Source of the DNA: Trichodesmium sp. | GTDB taxonomy: Bacteria > Cyanobacteriota > Cyanobacteriia > Cyanobacteriales > Microcoleaceae | Direction: 5' to 3' | NCBI GenBank assembly: GCA_051439685.1 | Contig: JBFRWR010000793.1 | Span: 1-43,969, forward strand | DNA length: 43,969 bases | Part shown: piece after piece, positions 30,991 to 41,779 of the stretch | How positions within the stretch are numbered: position 1 is the first letter of the stretch | How the letters are laid out: the number at the start of each line of letters is the position of its first letter | Position numbers and translations under genes: made by a program | The notes under the pieces: model-generated | The model's input: only the letters and a program-made list of their open reading frames with translations | What the model was told of the DNA's origin: nothing | The model's database searches: none

Positions 30991-33396
30991 GTGAGGACAG
31001 TGAAACAGCAAATTCAATTTAGTAGTGGACTGTTAACTGGAGTAGCAGCAATAATCATCGCTCAAACCCCAGCCATTGCAGTAACCCAAATTACCCAAGT
31101 TCAGTTAAATTCAGGAGACGGGGGAATTAATATCGTCCTAGTCACCAACAATGGCGATCGCCCCGAAGTATTCTCAGTTAACCGAGACAACTCCTTTGTC
31201 GCAGACATAATCAATGCCCAACTAAGCCTACCCCAGGGCAACAAATTCAGAAAAGAAAGTCCAGCTCCAGGAATAGAATATGTAGAAGTAACCCAAGTAG
31301 ATGCCAATAGCGTCCGGGTAATTATCAGAGGAACAGAAGGTACTCCCAGAGGTAGAATCATCCAAGGTGGAGGCCAAGGAATCATCCTCAGTGCTGCTGC
31401 CAGTTCAGGAGAAATAGCTCAAGCAACCCAACCCAATAGTTTTCCCCCACCCTCAGAATCATCAGCACCTGTATCCCGCCCCCCTGTAGAACCAGAAACT
31501 AGAGTAGTACCACCAAGAGAAACTAGGAACTCCCAACAGCCAGAGGTACTATTACCAGATTCCGAACTAACAGGAGATGGTTTCCCCACCCTACCAGGAC
31601 AACCATCCCCCAGTGAAGTACCACCCTTTCAACCACGAGCAGTAGCACCACCAGTAGGAGACATAGCAGTATCCAACATCAACCCTTCAGTAGAAGTTAT
31701 AAATTTAGGAACCCAAGAAAGGATACCCCGTTTAGTATTACGAGATGCGCCAATCCGAGACGTCTTAGCCTTACTAGCTAGAGCAGCAGGATTAAACGTT
31801 GCCTTCAGTGCCGGAGAAGAAGCCGAATCAGGGCCAAGTATTTCCCTAGATATTGAAAATGAATCCGTTCAAGACGTATTTAATTACGTCCTACGTCTAA
31901 GTGGTTTACAAGCAAACCGGGTAGGTAACACAGTATTTGTTGGGCAAGAACTACCAGCAGAAGCTAGAAACGTCGTAGTTCGCTCCTTCCGTTTAAACCA
32001 AGTTAGTGCCCAAGAAGCAGCAGGTTTCTTAGTAAGTATGGGAGCCGAAAGCGCCCTAGTCACAACATCACCAGTAACCCAGGTTAATACAGTTAACATT
32101 CCCGGAACTAACCAAGCAATTACAAATACTGAAACAATTGAAAGAACAGTTATTCAGCCACTACGCTACGACCCCCAGGATGCTCCTCCAATATTAAAAG
32201 GTTTACAAGTAGTCACAGATAGCCGACTCAATAGTATAACCTTAGTCGGTCCACCACAAAAAGTAGAAATTGCCTCATCCCAACTAATCCAACTAGATTT
32301 AAGACAAAGACAAGTAGCTGTAAACGTCAAAGTTATAGATATCAACTTATCATCCAACGAACAATTTAATAGTAGTTTCTCCTTTGGAGTGAATGACAGT
32401 TTCTTTATCAACGATAATGGAGCAGCATCTCTAAATTTTGGTAGTCTCCAGCCTGCTAGTATTACACAACAGGATGCAAACTTAAGCACTCCTCTTTCTC
32501 GTCCAGTAGTTCGTAACCCTATTGGCTCAGATCCATTCTTTGACAGCCAACGTACATTTGAAGTTCCAGGTACTGGTATCCCTAACCTAAATCAGGGTAG
32601 AGGAACTTTCCTCAGACCAATAGCTCCCACAACAGGTGAACCTACAAGAGTTGGTATTGATTCTTATACTGTCACAGATGTAGAGTTTGATGAAGATGGA
32701 AGATTTACTGGACAGACAGGAGACGCAACATTTGGTTTGTTCCCCCAAATTCTCTATCCCAGACGATTCCTATCCCAGTTGCGAGCTACTGTAAGAAGCG
32801 GTAATGCGAAAATTCTCACCGATCCAACTTTAGTGGTTCAAGAAGGAGAAATAGCCAGTGTCAGATTAGTAGAAAATATCGTCAGAAGTATTGACAGTAA
32901 TTTTACAGAAAATAGCGGTACAACTCGAGAAACAAGAACTGTTAGGTTTGAAGATGTAGGTCTAACCCTAGCGATACAGGTAGAGAGAATAGACGATAAT
33001 GGTTTTGTAACTGTAACAGTAAATCCAGAAATAAGCTTTATTTCCGATAGAATTCCCACAGATGCTGATAACGAAAATGAATTTGGTACAGAAATTGCCA
33101 GGCGCAGAGTAGAATCTGGAAGGATTCGGCTACGGGACGGACAAACTCTAATTATTTCAGGTATTATTCAAGAGCAAGAACGGACATCAGTAGAGAAAGT
33201 ACCAATTTTGGGAGATTTACCAATTATTGGCTCTCTATTCCGCAGTAGTAACAATCAAAATGATAGAGCAGAGACAATTGTATTACTGACACCTCAAATA
33301 CTAGATGATGGCGATCGCTCATCTTGGGGGTATCGATACAATCCAAGTCCAGATGCCTTACAAATGATGGAGCGAGGTCAGCCAAGACCACGCTAG
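30991..33396 (+). CDS. pilQ: Type IV pilus secretin PilQ (AMIN + STN/N domains + secretin)
   Basis: Signal peptide, AMIN domain and Pro-rich linker; 'LVLRDAPIRDVLALLARAAGLN', 'AKILTDPTL' and 'KVPILGDLPIIGSLFRS'. The start could instead be the GTG at 31000. Confidence 0.95.
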   Translation: MRTVKQQIQFSSGLLTGVAAIIIAQTPAIAVTQITQVQLNSGDGGINIVLVTNNGDRPEVFSVNRDNSFVADIINAQLSLPQGNKFRKESPAPGIEYVEVTQVDANSVRVIIRGTEGTPRGRIIQGGGQGIILSAAASSGEIAQATQPNSFPPPSESSAPVSRPPVEPETRVVPPRETRNSQQPEVLLPDSELTGDGFPTLPGQPSPSEVPPFQPRAVAPPVGDIAVSNINPSVEVINLGTQERIPRLVLRDAPIRDVLALLARAAGLNVAFSAGEEAESGPSISLDIENESVQDVFNYVLRLSGLQANRVGNTVFVGQELPAEARNVVVRSFRLNQVSAQEAAGFLVSMGAESALVTTSPVTQVNTVNIPGTNQAITNTETIERTVIQPLRYDPQDAPPILKGLQVVTDSRLNSITLVGPPQKVEIASSQLIQLDLRQRQVAVNVKVIDINLSSNEQFNSSFSFGVNDSFFINDNGAASLNFGSLQPASITQQDANLSTPLSRPVVRNPIGSDPFFDSQRTFEVPGTGIPNLNQGRGTFLRPIAPTTGEPTRVGIDSYTVTDVEFDEDGRFTGQTGDATFGLFPQILYPRRFLSQLRATVRSGNAKILTDPTLVVQEGEIASVRLVENIVRSIDSNFTENSGTTRETRTVRFEDVGLTLAIQVERIDDNGFVTVTVNPEISFISDRIPTDADNENEFGTEIARRRVESGRIRLRDGQTLIISGIIQEQERTSVEKVPILGDLPIIGSLFRSSNNQNDRAETIVLLTPQILDDGDRSSWGYRYNPSPDALQMMERGQPRPR

Positions 33397-33424
33397 ATTC
33401 AATATTTGAAAATTTTAGCTTCAA

Positions 33425-33497
33425 CCGGGAGAAGTTCCACGCCGTTTGTTAAGGATTCCGTAGGAAAAGGCAACGTCGGTGTGGGATTAATCTCGGT
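33425..33497 (+). other. Stem-loop downstream of pilQ (possible terminator or IS200/IS605-end-like hairpin) with an SDR-like insert in the loop
   Basis: TTCCACGCCG pairs with CGGTGTGGGA, and CCGGGAG pairs with TCTCGG. The loop contains ATTCCGTAGGAAA. Confidence 0.4.
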
Positions 33498-33542
33498 TTT
33501 AACTATCTGGTTTAGGTTGGTACTTTTTCAATTTAATCCAAG

Positions 33543-33681
33543 TTCGGGTGCTTCACAGAATGTATTTTTCCTGCCGCAAAACTGAGACGATCTAGTTTGA
33601 GGAGGGAGAAAATATTACTCCTCAACTTCGGGTGCTTCACAGAATGTATTTTTCCTGCCGCAAAACTGAGACGATCTAGTT
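33543..33681. repeat. Two identical 55-bp direct repeats around a 29-bp hairpin
   Basis: 33543-33597 equals 33627-33681. TTGAGGAG...CTCCTCAA lies between them. Confidence 0.9.
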
Positions 33682-34128
33682 ATTATCATTTTTCAAGTGA
33701 AGCTTGTATTGAGCAAAACATCCCAAAAAGAGGCCATCAATGGATGATACAAGAGATTTTTTGGCCAAAAAAATGAATAAAAGTTAAAAAACTCTTGAAA
33801 TATAGATAAATTAAAGGTTTTACCACTCAATATGAGGCAACCAGAGATTAGAATAAACCAGTGAAAGCTAGATGATATAGGGTTTTCAGCAAAAAAATTC
33901 TGAAGTTCTACTTAAGACACTAGCTGAAGATATCTAAAAATATCTGGCAAAGCATTAGCATTAAAAAGATTTGAGGTTTTGCTAAGAATAATAAAAAATA
34001 GCAGTTTAATAACTGAAAACCAATTAACAAGACCTCAAAACCTTACTTTCTTAAATGAACTAAAGAATTACCATTTGCAAAGTAAACCTTGCTAGAATAT
34101 CTTGTCCAAACTACAAAGGAGTATCCCA

Positions 34129-34416
34129 ATGAATAAAGGCGAATTAGTTGACGAAATTGCCAAAGCAGCCGATGTCACTAAAAAGCAAGCTGATGCCGTA
34201 CTTAGTGCAGCCTTAGAAGTAATTATGAACGCTGTAGCCAGTGGGGACAAAGTTACCCTCGTTGGCTTTGGTTCATTTGAATCAAGAGAACGCAAAGCCA
34301 GGGAAGGACGTAATCCCAAAACAGGTGCCAAAATGGAAATACCAGAAACTACAGTACCTGCCTTTTCTGCGGGTAAATCTTTCAAAGAATTAGTCGCCGA
34401 CAAAAACGGTAAATAA
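34129..34416 (+). CDS. hup: Histone-like DNA-binding protein HU
   Basis: MNKGELV, VTLVGFGSF, RKAREGRNPKTG and VPAFSAGK. An AAGGAG RBS precedes the ATG at 34129. Confidence 0.97.
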   Translation: MNKGELVDEIAKAADVTKKQADAVLSAALEVIMNAVASGDKVTLVGFGSFESRERKAREGRNPKTGAKMEIPETTVPAFSAGKSFKELVADKNGK

Positions 34417-34433
34417 TTATAAATAATCCAGCT

Positions 34434-35495
34434 TTGACTAAACCAGTACACGGAGGAAACTTAGCTTGGGCAGCCACAATAGGAGGTTGCCCTACATCTG
34501 CTATTCTCGATTTCTCAGCCAGTATTAATCCTCTAGGGCCACCAGATTCGGTAATCAATGCCATTCAAACTCAGATTGGCAAACTTAAAGCTTATCCAGA
34601 CCCTAATTATCAAGAGTTAAAGGAAGCTCTGAGTTATGTTCATCCACCTCTGACTGCAGAGTGGATATTGCCTGGTAATGGTGCAGCCGAATTATTAACT
34701 TGGGCAGCTTTAGATTTGTCAAAGCTGGAAACAACTTATTTACTAACTCCAGCTTTTAGTGACTATCGACGCGCTCTGAAAACTTTTGCAGCTCATTTTA
34801 TTGAATGTCCTCTAAAAATAGGCGAAGCGAAATTAGAGCAGTTGGGAATAGAAGCTAGTTTGAATAAAGGACTATTACTGAATAATCCTCATAATCCCAC
34901 AGGAATGTTGATGGAGATAGAAACAATAGTCCCTTATTTAGAAAAATTTGGTTTGGTAGTGGTAGATGAAGCATTTATCGACTTCCTTCCACCACCCCAA
35001 CTCCAAAGCTTAGTACCCCTGGTGACAAAATATCAAAATTTAGTCATATTACGTTCTTTGACTAAATTTTATAGTCTACCTGGACTAAGGCTTGGCTATG
35101 CAATTTCTCATCCTGAACGCCTCCAAAAATGGCAACAGTGGCGAGACCCTTGGCCTGTCAATGCTTTGGCCATAGCTGCTACTCAAGCAGCCCTTCAAGA
35201 CCAAGAATTTCAACAGGAAACGTGGAATTGGTTAGCAGATGCTTACCCCCAACTATTCCAAGATTTGGCTGAATTACCGGGGTTAGAACCCTATCCCGGA
35301 GCAGCCAACTTTTTATTAGTTAAATCAGAAAAATCAGTTGACCAAATACAGATAAAATTACTGAAACAACATCGAATTTTAATTAGAGATTGTTTAAGTT
35401 TTCCAGAATTAGGCGATCGCTATTTTCGAGTTGCTATTCGTACCCAAGAAGAGAATCAAAAATTAATAAATGCTTTAGCAGAAATTTTAAAATAA
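34434..35495 (+). CDS. cobD: Threonine-phosphate decarboxylase (cobalamin synthesis, PLP-dependent)
   Basis: HGGN, DFSASINPLGPP, YPDP, GNGAAE, NPHNPTG, DEAFIDF, RSLTKFYSLPGLRLGY, IRDCLSF. Confidence 0.9.
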   Translation: MTKPVHGGNLAWAATIGGCPTSAILDFSASINPLGPPDSVINAIQTQIGKLKAYPDPNYQELKEALSYVHPPLTAEWILPGNGAAELLTWAALDLSKLETTYLLTPAFSDYRRALKTFAAHFIECPLKIGEAKLEQLGIEASLNKGLLLNNPHNPTGMLMEIETIVPYLEKFGLVVVDEAFIDFLPPPQLQSLVPLVTKYQNLVILRSLTKFYSLPGLRLGYAISHPERLQKWQQWRDPWPVNALAIAATQAALQDQEFQQETWNWLADAYPQLFQDLAELPGLEPYPGAANFLLVKSEKSVDQIQIKLLKQHRILIRDCLSFPELGDRYFRVAIRTQEENQKLINALAEILK

Positions 35496-35741
35496 AATGA
35501 AATTAAAATCTAGAACTTTTCTGCCAACTAAGCTTAGAACTATTGAAATTGTATATCCTAAAAACAGAGAAACAAGTCCTATTACTCTCTCCCTAACTAG
35601 ATATCTCCGCGTCTCCGCGTCAGTCAAAACTAGCAAGTTAGATGCGTACAAGCTTACATCCTCCGTAATTCCCATTTCTCCTAACTACTCCCTACTCCCT
35701 ACTCCCTACTCCCTACTCCCCACTCCCTATTTTAATAAACT

Positions 35742-37187
35742 ATGCTTGACTACGATGTAGTAATTATCGGTGGAACAATAACAAGTATTTATGCAGCTAT
35801 TACCGCCACAAAACTTCAAGGTCGTGTTGCCCTTGTACAACCTTCACCTAACATTGTGAGCAGCACCCAAGGATTTAACTACAATCAAATTATCAATCAA
35901 ATCGGTAATTTGATAGAAGATATAAAACACAAACAACAGTTTGGAATTTATCAAGAAAACGAAGATTTAAGTAACCTACAAATTAAATTTGAAGAAGCAA
36001 AAAGATATGCAGATTATGTAGTTGCTAACCAACTAGCGAAACAGGAAAAAGCAGTCTTAGGAACTTTAGGAATAGATGTAATTTTTGGTGAGGGAAAATT
36101 TGTAGATCGCCCTCATCTAGCATTTGTAGTAAAAGGAAGACATCTACGGTCACGCACATATTTATTAGCTACTCCATCTCAACCTATAGTACCAGAAATT
36201 CCCGGATTAACAACTACTGGATTTCTTACTCCTCAAAACATTCAACAATTATCAAAACAACCTGATAAATTAGTAGTTATTGGTGGCAACCCCAGTGGAA
36301 TAGAAATAGCACAAAGTTTTTCTCGATTAGGAACTCAAGTAACAATTGTTGTTAAAAATTCTCATGTTTTAAGCAAAGAAGATGCAGAAGCAGCATTTTT
36401 AGTTCAAGCCAACTTAGAAGCAGAAGGAATCAGAATATTAACCCAAACAGAAGTATCTCAAGTCAGAAAAATAGAGAAGAAAAAATGGATTTTAGTAGGA
36501 AATGAAGCCATAGAAACAGATGAAATAATCTTAGCAGCAGGCAATAAACCAAACTTAGAAAAATTCAACTTAGAAGCAATCGGAGTCAAGCTACATCATC
36601 ACAAATTATTATTAAATAAAAAGTTGCAAACTACCAACCATCAGATTTACGCTTGTGGAGATTTAGTAGGTGGGTATTCATTTCCTCATATTGGTAATTA
36701 TGAAGCAGAAATAGCCATAAAAAATATTCTTTACCTACCAATTTTTCAAGTAAATTATAGTGCTATTCCTTGGGCAATATTCTCAGAACCACAATTAGCA
36801 AGAGTTGGTTTAACCGAACAACAAGCTAGACGACGTTATAGAGAAAATGTATTAGTTTTTCGGCAAAACTTGAAAAATATTGATCGGGCACAAATTTTAA
36901 GCAAAACAACAGGATTTTGTAAAATTGTCGGTCATCGCAATGGGAAAATTTTAGGAGTTTCCATAGTAGGAAATCAAGCAAGTGAAATAATTCATATTAT
37001 GGCATTAGCTATTAGTCAAGGAATAAAAATAGAAGCGATCGGCGAATTACCTCATATTTTGCCGACTATATCAGAAATCAATACTCAAACAGCAAAAGCA
37101 TGGTTAAAACAAAAACATGATAAAAATCAAATAGTTAAAGATTGGTTAGAAAATTTATTTCATTGGCGACGTTCTTTGCTAAAGTAG
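35742..37187 (+). CDS. Pyridine nucleotide-disulfide oxidoreductase homologue (dihydrolipoamide dehydrogenase/mercuric reductase-like) lacking the CxxxxC motif
   Basis: DVVIIGG, LVVIGG.P.G.E.AQ, 'LQTTN..IYACGD', 'IPWAIFSEP.LARVGLTE' and H..PT.SE. Confidence 0.85.
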   Translation: MLDYDVVIIGGTITSIYAAITATKLQGRVALVQPSPNIVSSTQGFNYNQIINQIGNLIEDIKHKQQFGIYQENEDLSNLQIKFEEAKRYADYVVANQLAKQEKAVLGTLGIDVIFGEGKFVDRPHLAFVVKGRHLRSRTYLLATPSQPIVPEIPGLTTTGFLTPQNIQQLSKQPDKLVVIGGNPSGIEIAQSFSRLGTQVTIVVKNSHVLSKEDAEAAFLVQANLEAEGIRILTQTEVSQVRKIEKKKWILVGNEAIETDEIILAAGNKPNLEKFNLEAIGVKLHHHKLLLNKKLQTTNHQIYACGDLVGGYSFPHIGNYEAEIAIKNILYLPIFQVNYSAIPWAIFSEPQLARVGLTEQQARRRYRENVLVFRQNLKNIDRAQILSKTTGFCKIVGHRNGKILGVSIVGNQASEIIHIMALAISQGIKIEAIGELPHILPTISEINTQTAKAWLKQKHDKNQIVKDWLENLFHWRRSLLK

Positions 37188-37353
37188 TCATCATAAAAAA
37201 GTTAGAAATTAATATTATTTTATCAAGAGTAATTTATACAAATTATTATTGCTTTTTAGTCTTTACCCATTAGAATTTCTCTCAATTCCTTACTCTCTCC
37301 TATCTACTTCCTAACAAATTTTATTTTTAGGCATTTAAAAATCAATCATATTA

Positions 37354-37578
37354 GAGATTGAATGTATCAGGAAATATAAAAAGGGAACACTTAACTGGGA
37401 ACACTTAACTGGGAACAGGCAATAAGAAATTAAGACAACTATTTGTCACTTAAAAATCTAGGGAATATCTGTACCTTTCCATCTCTGGTATTTAACAGAT
37501 TTTAAGCTTTTGAAGTCTTACCTCTTTGAGATTTTAGTCACTCTCAGCTCTCTTAATACTTGTTTTACAAACAGTCTC
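37354..37578. mobile_element. MITE family H copy (inverted)
   Basis: TTA|GAGATTG...CAGTCTC|TTA, the reverse complement of 22560-22790. Confidence 0.8.
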
Positions 37579-37801
37579 TTATGGCTAAATACTTACCCAT
37601 TAGTTTAAATAAATCCTATAAAATAGCTGAAGATTATTATTATCATCTACTATTACAGAACTTGACAAAGATAATAACATAAAGTATGAACATTAACCTA
37701 TATACTGTGTTACCGAATACCATAAAACTTCATACATCATCAACTTAAAAATGCTGTAAATACTAATACTTGTAGAGACAAATTTTATAGGAATAAATAG
37801 A

Positions 37802-38236
37802 ATGAACAACATAGAAACACCAATTTTTCTCAAACGCCAAGACGTAACTTTAGCTTATACACTATTAAGAATAGTATTTGGTATAAACTTCTTTGTACAT
37901 GGTTTAGTCAGAATTGGAAATATGGGAGGATTTATTCAATCAATCGTAGAGAGATTTCAAGAGCTAGTGCCAAGCTTTATTATTCTACCATTTGCTGCTT
38001 TAATTACTCCTGTAGAATTAATCTCTGGATTTCTAGTAATAATAGGACTACAAACACGCAACGCAATAATCGCAGGTTTCCTATTAATGATGCCATTAAT
38101 GTTTGGAATTTGTTTACTTCAACAATGGGATACAGCCTCATCTCAACTGATTTATTGTCTAGTTTTCTTCATTCTTTTAGCAGGTTGTAGTCTAAATACA
38201 ATTTCTATAGATCAAATGATTCGTAACAAACAATAA
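37802..38236 (+). CDS. DoxX-family membrane protein
   Basis: 'LLRIVFGINFFVHG', 'E...G.L...GL.TR', about 4 TM helices and C-terminal 'SID'. Confidence 0.85.
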   Translation: MNNIETPIFLKRQDVTLAYTLLRIVFGINFFVHGLVRIGNMGGFIQSIVERFQELVPSFIILPFAALITPVELISGFLVIIGLQTRNAIIAGFLLMMPLMFGICLLQQWDTASSQLIYCLVFFILLAGCSLNTISIDQMIRNKQ

Positions 38237-39033
38237 AAAACCTTAATAGATATCTCCAATGAGAAAAAATACAATAAATTATTTTTTCCTGTGTAAAATA
38301 ATATTGATATATTATACGATTTTGATAAATGTTTACTAAAAATGCCTATCGGATTTTTTGGGAGTTAGGAATCAGGAGTTAGAAGTCAGAATTAATGCCT
38401 TTAATACTATTAGTTAGTAAATCATCTTTTTTGTCAAAGGGATATCTTCTGAAAATCAAATTATTTTGATCGCCCTTACTATTTTTAACATTCTTTTTTC
38501 AAATTCGTATTAGATATACTTTATCATTCCAAAAAACGTTATATAGCTTTTCTGAATTGAATTACAGTTGTTTTTATGATTTGCTATTCCCCATTTCCAC
38601 ATCTTCTCTACTCCCTACTACCCTCGAAGTATGGGAATTGCTATAGAATTTTTCAAACTACTCGTAAAAATCTTTTAATTTATCAACTTATAGTGCAATT
38701 AAAACCAACATATTACAACTGAAATAGAGAATAAATATAGCAGTTTTCAAGTTGTTAATATCAATCTTTCTTTGAACCTATCCCACTATTCTAAAAATGT
38801 TGATTGCTTTGAGTAAAATTTGCCTGAAAAGCCTAATTTTTAGTTTTTAGCTCTTAAAAATTGAAGCTTTTTAGCAGAAAATTTATTAGTGGGATAGGTT
38901 CTTTGTCTCCCCACCCTCCCCACACTTCCCGAACTCCCCACACTCCCACACTCTCCATAATCTGATTTTTTCAGCAAGCCCGAGCTACTTTGCTATGCTA
39001 GAAGCGCCCTAGTTTAGCAACAGTCTATTTACC

Positions 39034-39864
39034 ATGCACAGGATATTAACTGGCCAATTGCAGGTAGATCGCTTAACCCTAAAAATTACTGGGTTGTCCA
39101 ACCATTTACAAGGCACAAAACTTGTACACCTGTCAGACTTCCACTATGACAGAAAGCGACTCTCTGAACAGCTACTCTCTGAAGCGATCGCCATTACTAA
39201 CGAAGTCGAACCAGACTTAATTTTACTTACAGGAGACTTCATCACAGATGAACCCGCACCTATAGATGACCTAGTATTGCGGTTGAAATATCTGGAAAGT
39301 CGTGCTGGAGTATATGCTGTACTAGGCAACCACGATGAAGAATATCCGGGTGCTAGAGATAAAGTCATAGAAGCTTTTACTCGAATAGATGTTCCCATTT
39401 TGCTTAACCAGGTTATCTATCCTCTGGGTTCAGGTTTAGCTTTAGTAGGATTAGAAGACTATTGGTCTGGTAATTTCAAACCAATTACAGTTATGGAATC
39501 TATAAGTAAGACAGTTCCTCGGATTGTTTTATCCCACAACCCCGACACTGCCAAAGTATTACAAAAATGGCGTGTTGACCTACAACTTTCAGGTCATACC
39601 CACGGAGGTCAAATTAGACTACCATTCCTCGGACCTCTCCCTCAATACCGAGAACCTATTCGCAGACTCATACCCAAATTTCTCCGACCTGTTGTACCAT
39701 TTATGGACAAATGTCACAAAATAGTCGAACACTGGGAATGGTCTCAGGGATTGCATCAAGTTGGAAATAACTATTTATATGTGAATCGTGGTTTAGGAAC
39801 TTATTTTCCAGGGAGATTATTTTGTCCACCGGAAGTGACAGTCATTACATTAGAAACTAATTAA
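39034..39864 (+). CDS. Calcineurin-like metallophosphoesterase (YkuE-like)
   Basis: SDFH, TGDF, GNHD, LSHNPD, SGHTHGGQ, VNRGLG. Confidence 0.92.
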   Translation: MHRILTGQLQVDRLTLKITGLSNHLQGTKLVHLSDFHYDRKRLSEQLLSEAIAITNEVEPDLILLTGDFITDEPAPIDDLVLRLKYLESRAGVYAVLGNHDEEYPGARDKVIEAFTRIDVPILLNQVIYPLGSGLALVGLEDYWSGNFKPITVMESISKTVPRIVLSHNPDTAKVLQKWRVDLQLSGHTHGGQIRLPFLGPLPQYREPIRRLIPKFLRPVVPFMDKCHKIVEHWEWSQGLHQVGNNYLYVNRGLGTYFPGRLFCPPEVTVITLETN

Positions 39865-39968
39865 GCTTAATTAGTAACAATTTGTAACTTACATTATTGA
39901 CCCTTTATGATATAATTATCGAGGGTTTTTTTTACTGATATTTAACCTTTTTTACATTTTGGAAAATA

Positions 39969-40097
39969 AGTAGGTAGGTGAAAAAATTTACAAGTATGTC
40001 ATTGCGACGGTCGCGGCGTGCGGAAGGAAGCAATCTCAAGGGTTTCAACTGCTTTAACATTTAGTTTAATAGTGATGTTTATTCGTGCCTACCTACT
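39969..40097. mobile_element. MITE family F (AGTAGGTAGG / CCTACCTACT, TA-flanked) carrying half of a GTCATTGCGA..GAAGCAATCT REP-like motif
   Basis: Inverted termini with TA flanks are directly visible. Confidence 0.7.
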
Positions 40098-40174
40098 TAA
40101 CTCTAGATTTGAGATTATATAGTAGCACTCCCAGATAATTAAAGCAAACAAATATAATAAAAGTAAACAAGATA

Positions 40175-41536
40175 ATGACAACAACAATTAGAGTTAATGG
40201 GTCTAATGTAGAAGTTTTCGATTTTCAAGGAAATTCTTATGCTTTTGTTCCCTCTAAGGAAAGTATTACTTGGAAATCAGCTCAATCACAAGCAGAAGGA
40301 ATAGTTTTTGAAGGAGTTAATGGTCACTTAGCTACTGTTACTTCGAAAGCAGAAAATGGCTTTATTGTATCTGAAATAGTTCCTATCTCCCAAAATCATG
40401 TGAATGGTACTGCTTGGTTAGGTGGTACAGATGAAGAAGTTGAAGGTACTTGGGAGTGGATTACAGGTGAAAAATGGCAGTATGAAAACTGGGCTACTGG
40501 TCAACCAAGAGCTATTAGCCAAGATTTTCTAGCATATTTCCCTGATGTTTGGTATGGCGCTGATGATAATGGCCCTTTCAGAACAACGCGAGTTTATGGT
40601 TATATAGTCGAATTTGAAGGAACTGGAACACCAGATGATAACCTGATCGGTACATCAGGAAAAGACAAAATCAAGGGTGGTAATGGTGATGATAATATTA
40701 TTGGACTTGGTGGTAATGATGAATTATCAGGAGATGCAGGTAACGATATTGTAATTGGTCGCGGAGGAAACGACAAATTAAGAGGTGGAAGTGGAGATGA
40801 TGAATTAACAGGAGGTAGGGGTAAAGATCGGCTATTTGGTGATGGTGGCGATGATATCCTGATTGGAGGTGCAGGTAACGATATCCTTAATGGAGGCGAA
40901 GGTAATGACATCATGATTGGTGGTAAAGGTAATGATACATATACTGTAGACACCAAAGACGATATTATTGTAGAAAAAGCTAAGGGTGGTCGAGACCTGG
41001 TTAAATCTTCTCTTTCCTATACTTTAGATAAGAACTTAGAAAACCTCACCTTAACCGGAAACAAAAATATAGATGGTAGAGGTAACGCTAGCAATAATAC
41101 TATTCGTGGTAATAACCGCAATAATACCCTTAAAGGTGAACGTGGAAAAGATAAACTCATCGGTGGTGGAGGTAACGATGTATTAGTCGGTGGTAGAGGT
41201 AATGATGTTCTGACAGGAGGTGCAGGTGCTGATGACTTTGTGTTTAAATCTTCCAAAGACGGAATAGATAAAATCACTGATTTCGATCCGAGGCAGGGGC
41301 AGGATTCAATTTTGATTGATCAAGATGGTTTTAGTGGTTTAAGAAAAGGGAAATTGTCACCATCACAATTTCTGTTAGGAGGTACAACCGCATCTACATC
41401 CGAACATAGATTGATCTACACCAATGATGGTAAATTATTTTTCGATCCAGATGGTAATGGCGGTCAGGAACAAATTCAGATAGCTAGTTTTAATAATTCT
41501 CCTTTCTTATCTCATGAGAATTTTACTGTCATTTAA
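40175..41536 (+). CDS. C-type lectin domain protein with RTX (hemolysin-type Ca-binding) repeats; probable type I secretion substrate
   Basis: 'TW..A...A...[10 protein letters not shown]', 'WLGGTD...EGTW.W.TGE...Y.NW' and 'GYIVEF', followed by many GGxGxD nonapeptides and a 'D.ITDF...D.I' / 'LFFDPDGNG' tail. No signal peptide. Confidence 0.88.
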   Translation: MTTTIRVNGSNVEVFDFQGNSYAFVPSKESITWKSAQSQAEGIVFEGVNGHLATVTSKAENGFIVSEIVPISQNHVNGTAWLGGTDEEVEGTWEWITGEKWQYENWATGQPRAISQDFLAYFPDVWYGADDNGPFRTTRVYGYIVEFEGTGTPDDNLIGTSGKDKIKGGNGDDNIIGLGGNDELSGDAGNDIVIGRGGNDKLRGGSGDDELTGGRGKDRLFGDGGDDILIGGAGNDILNGGEGNDIMIGGKGNDTYTVDTKDDIIVEKAKGGRDLVKSSLSYTLDKNLENLTLTGNKNIDGRGNASNNTIRGNNRNNTLKGERGKDKLIGGGGNDVLVGGRGNDVLTGGAGADDFVFKSSKDGIDKITDFDPRQGQDSILIDQDGFSGLRKGKLSPSQFLLGGTTASTSEHRLIYTNDGKLFFDPDGNGGQEQIQIASFNNSPFLSHENFTVI

Positions 41537-41589
41537 GTAGTATTTGCTTAAAAGGTCTACAAGTAATGATTTTTGCATTTTTACCCCTG

Positions 41590-41779
41590 ATATAGAATCC
41601 GGTTGAACATTCGTCATTGCGACGATAGGAAGCAATCTCCGCGCACCTCTGAGATTGCTTTCCTTACGGAATGCTCCGCAAACATGTCGCGCAGCGTTTT
41701 ATGTCGGCGACAGTCGAAAACCTTGCACTCCGTTCCAGTCGCAATGACGCAAGCTATAGTAATTATCCCGATTTTATAT
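41590..41779. mobile_element. MITE family E (ATCCGG..CCGATT/CCGGAT) containing a GTCATTGCGA...TCGCAATGAC hairpin
   Basis: A close direct copy lies at about 42036-42202. Confidence 0.72.

Noticed and set aside
1870-33396. Functional link between the Ter cluster (phage inhibition) and type IV pili (phage receptor)
   Set aside because: They are about 20 kb apart and separated by housekeeping genes. Nothing in the sequence links them.
26976-33396. Absence of pilP as a novelty
   Set aside because: pilMNOQ without pilP is the normal cyanobacterial arrangement.
31101-33424. Several minus-strand ORFs within pilQ (and similar ones within pilM, pilO, hup, the permease and the RTX gene)
   Set aside because: They are antisense shadows of well-supported genes, caused by biased codon usage.
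33543-33681. Mini CRISPR array
   Set aside because: Only two repeats, and 55 bp is longer than typical. The palindrome is in the spacer rather than the repeat, and no cas genes are present.
40175-40620. Diversity-generating retroelement target
   Set aside because: The lectin domain is N-terminal and of the classical CTL type. I saw no template repeat with adenine-specific mismatches and no reverse transcriptase in the window.
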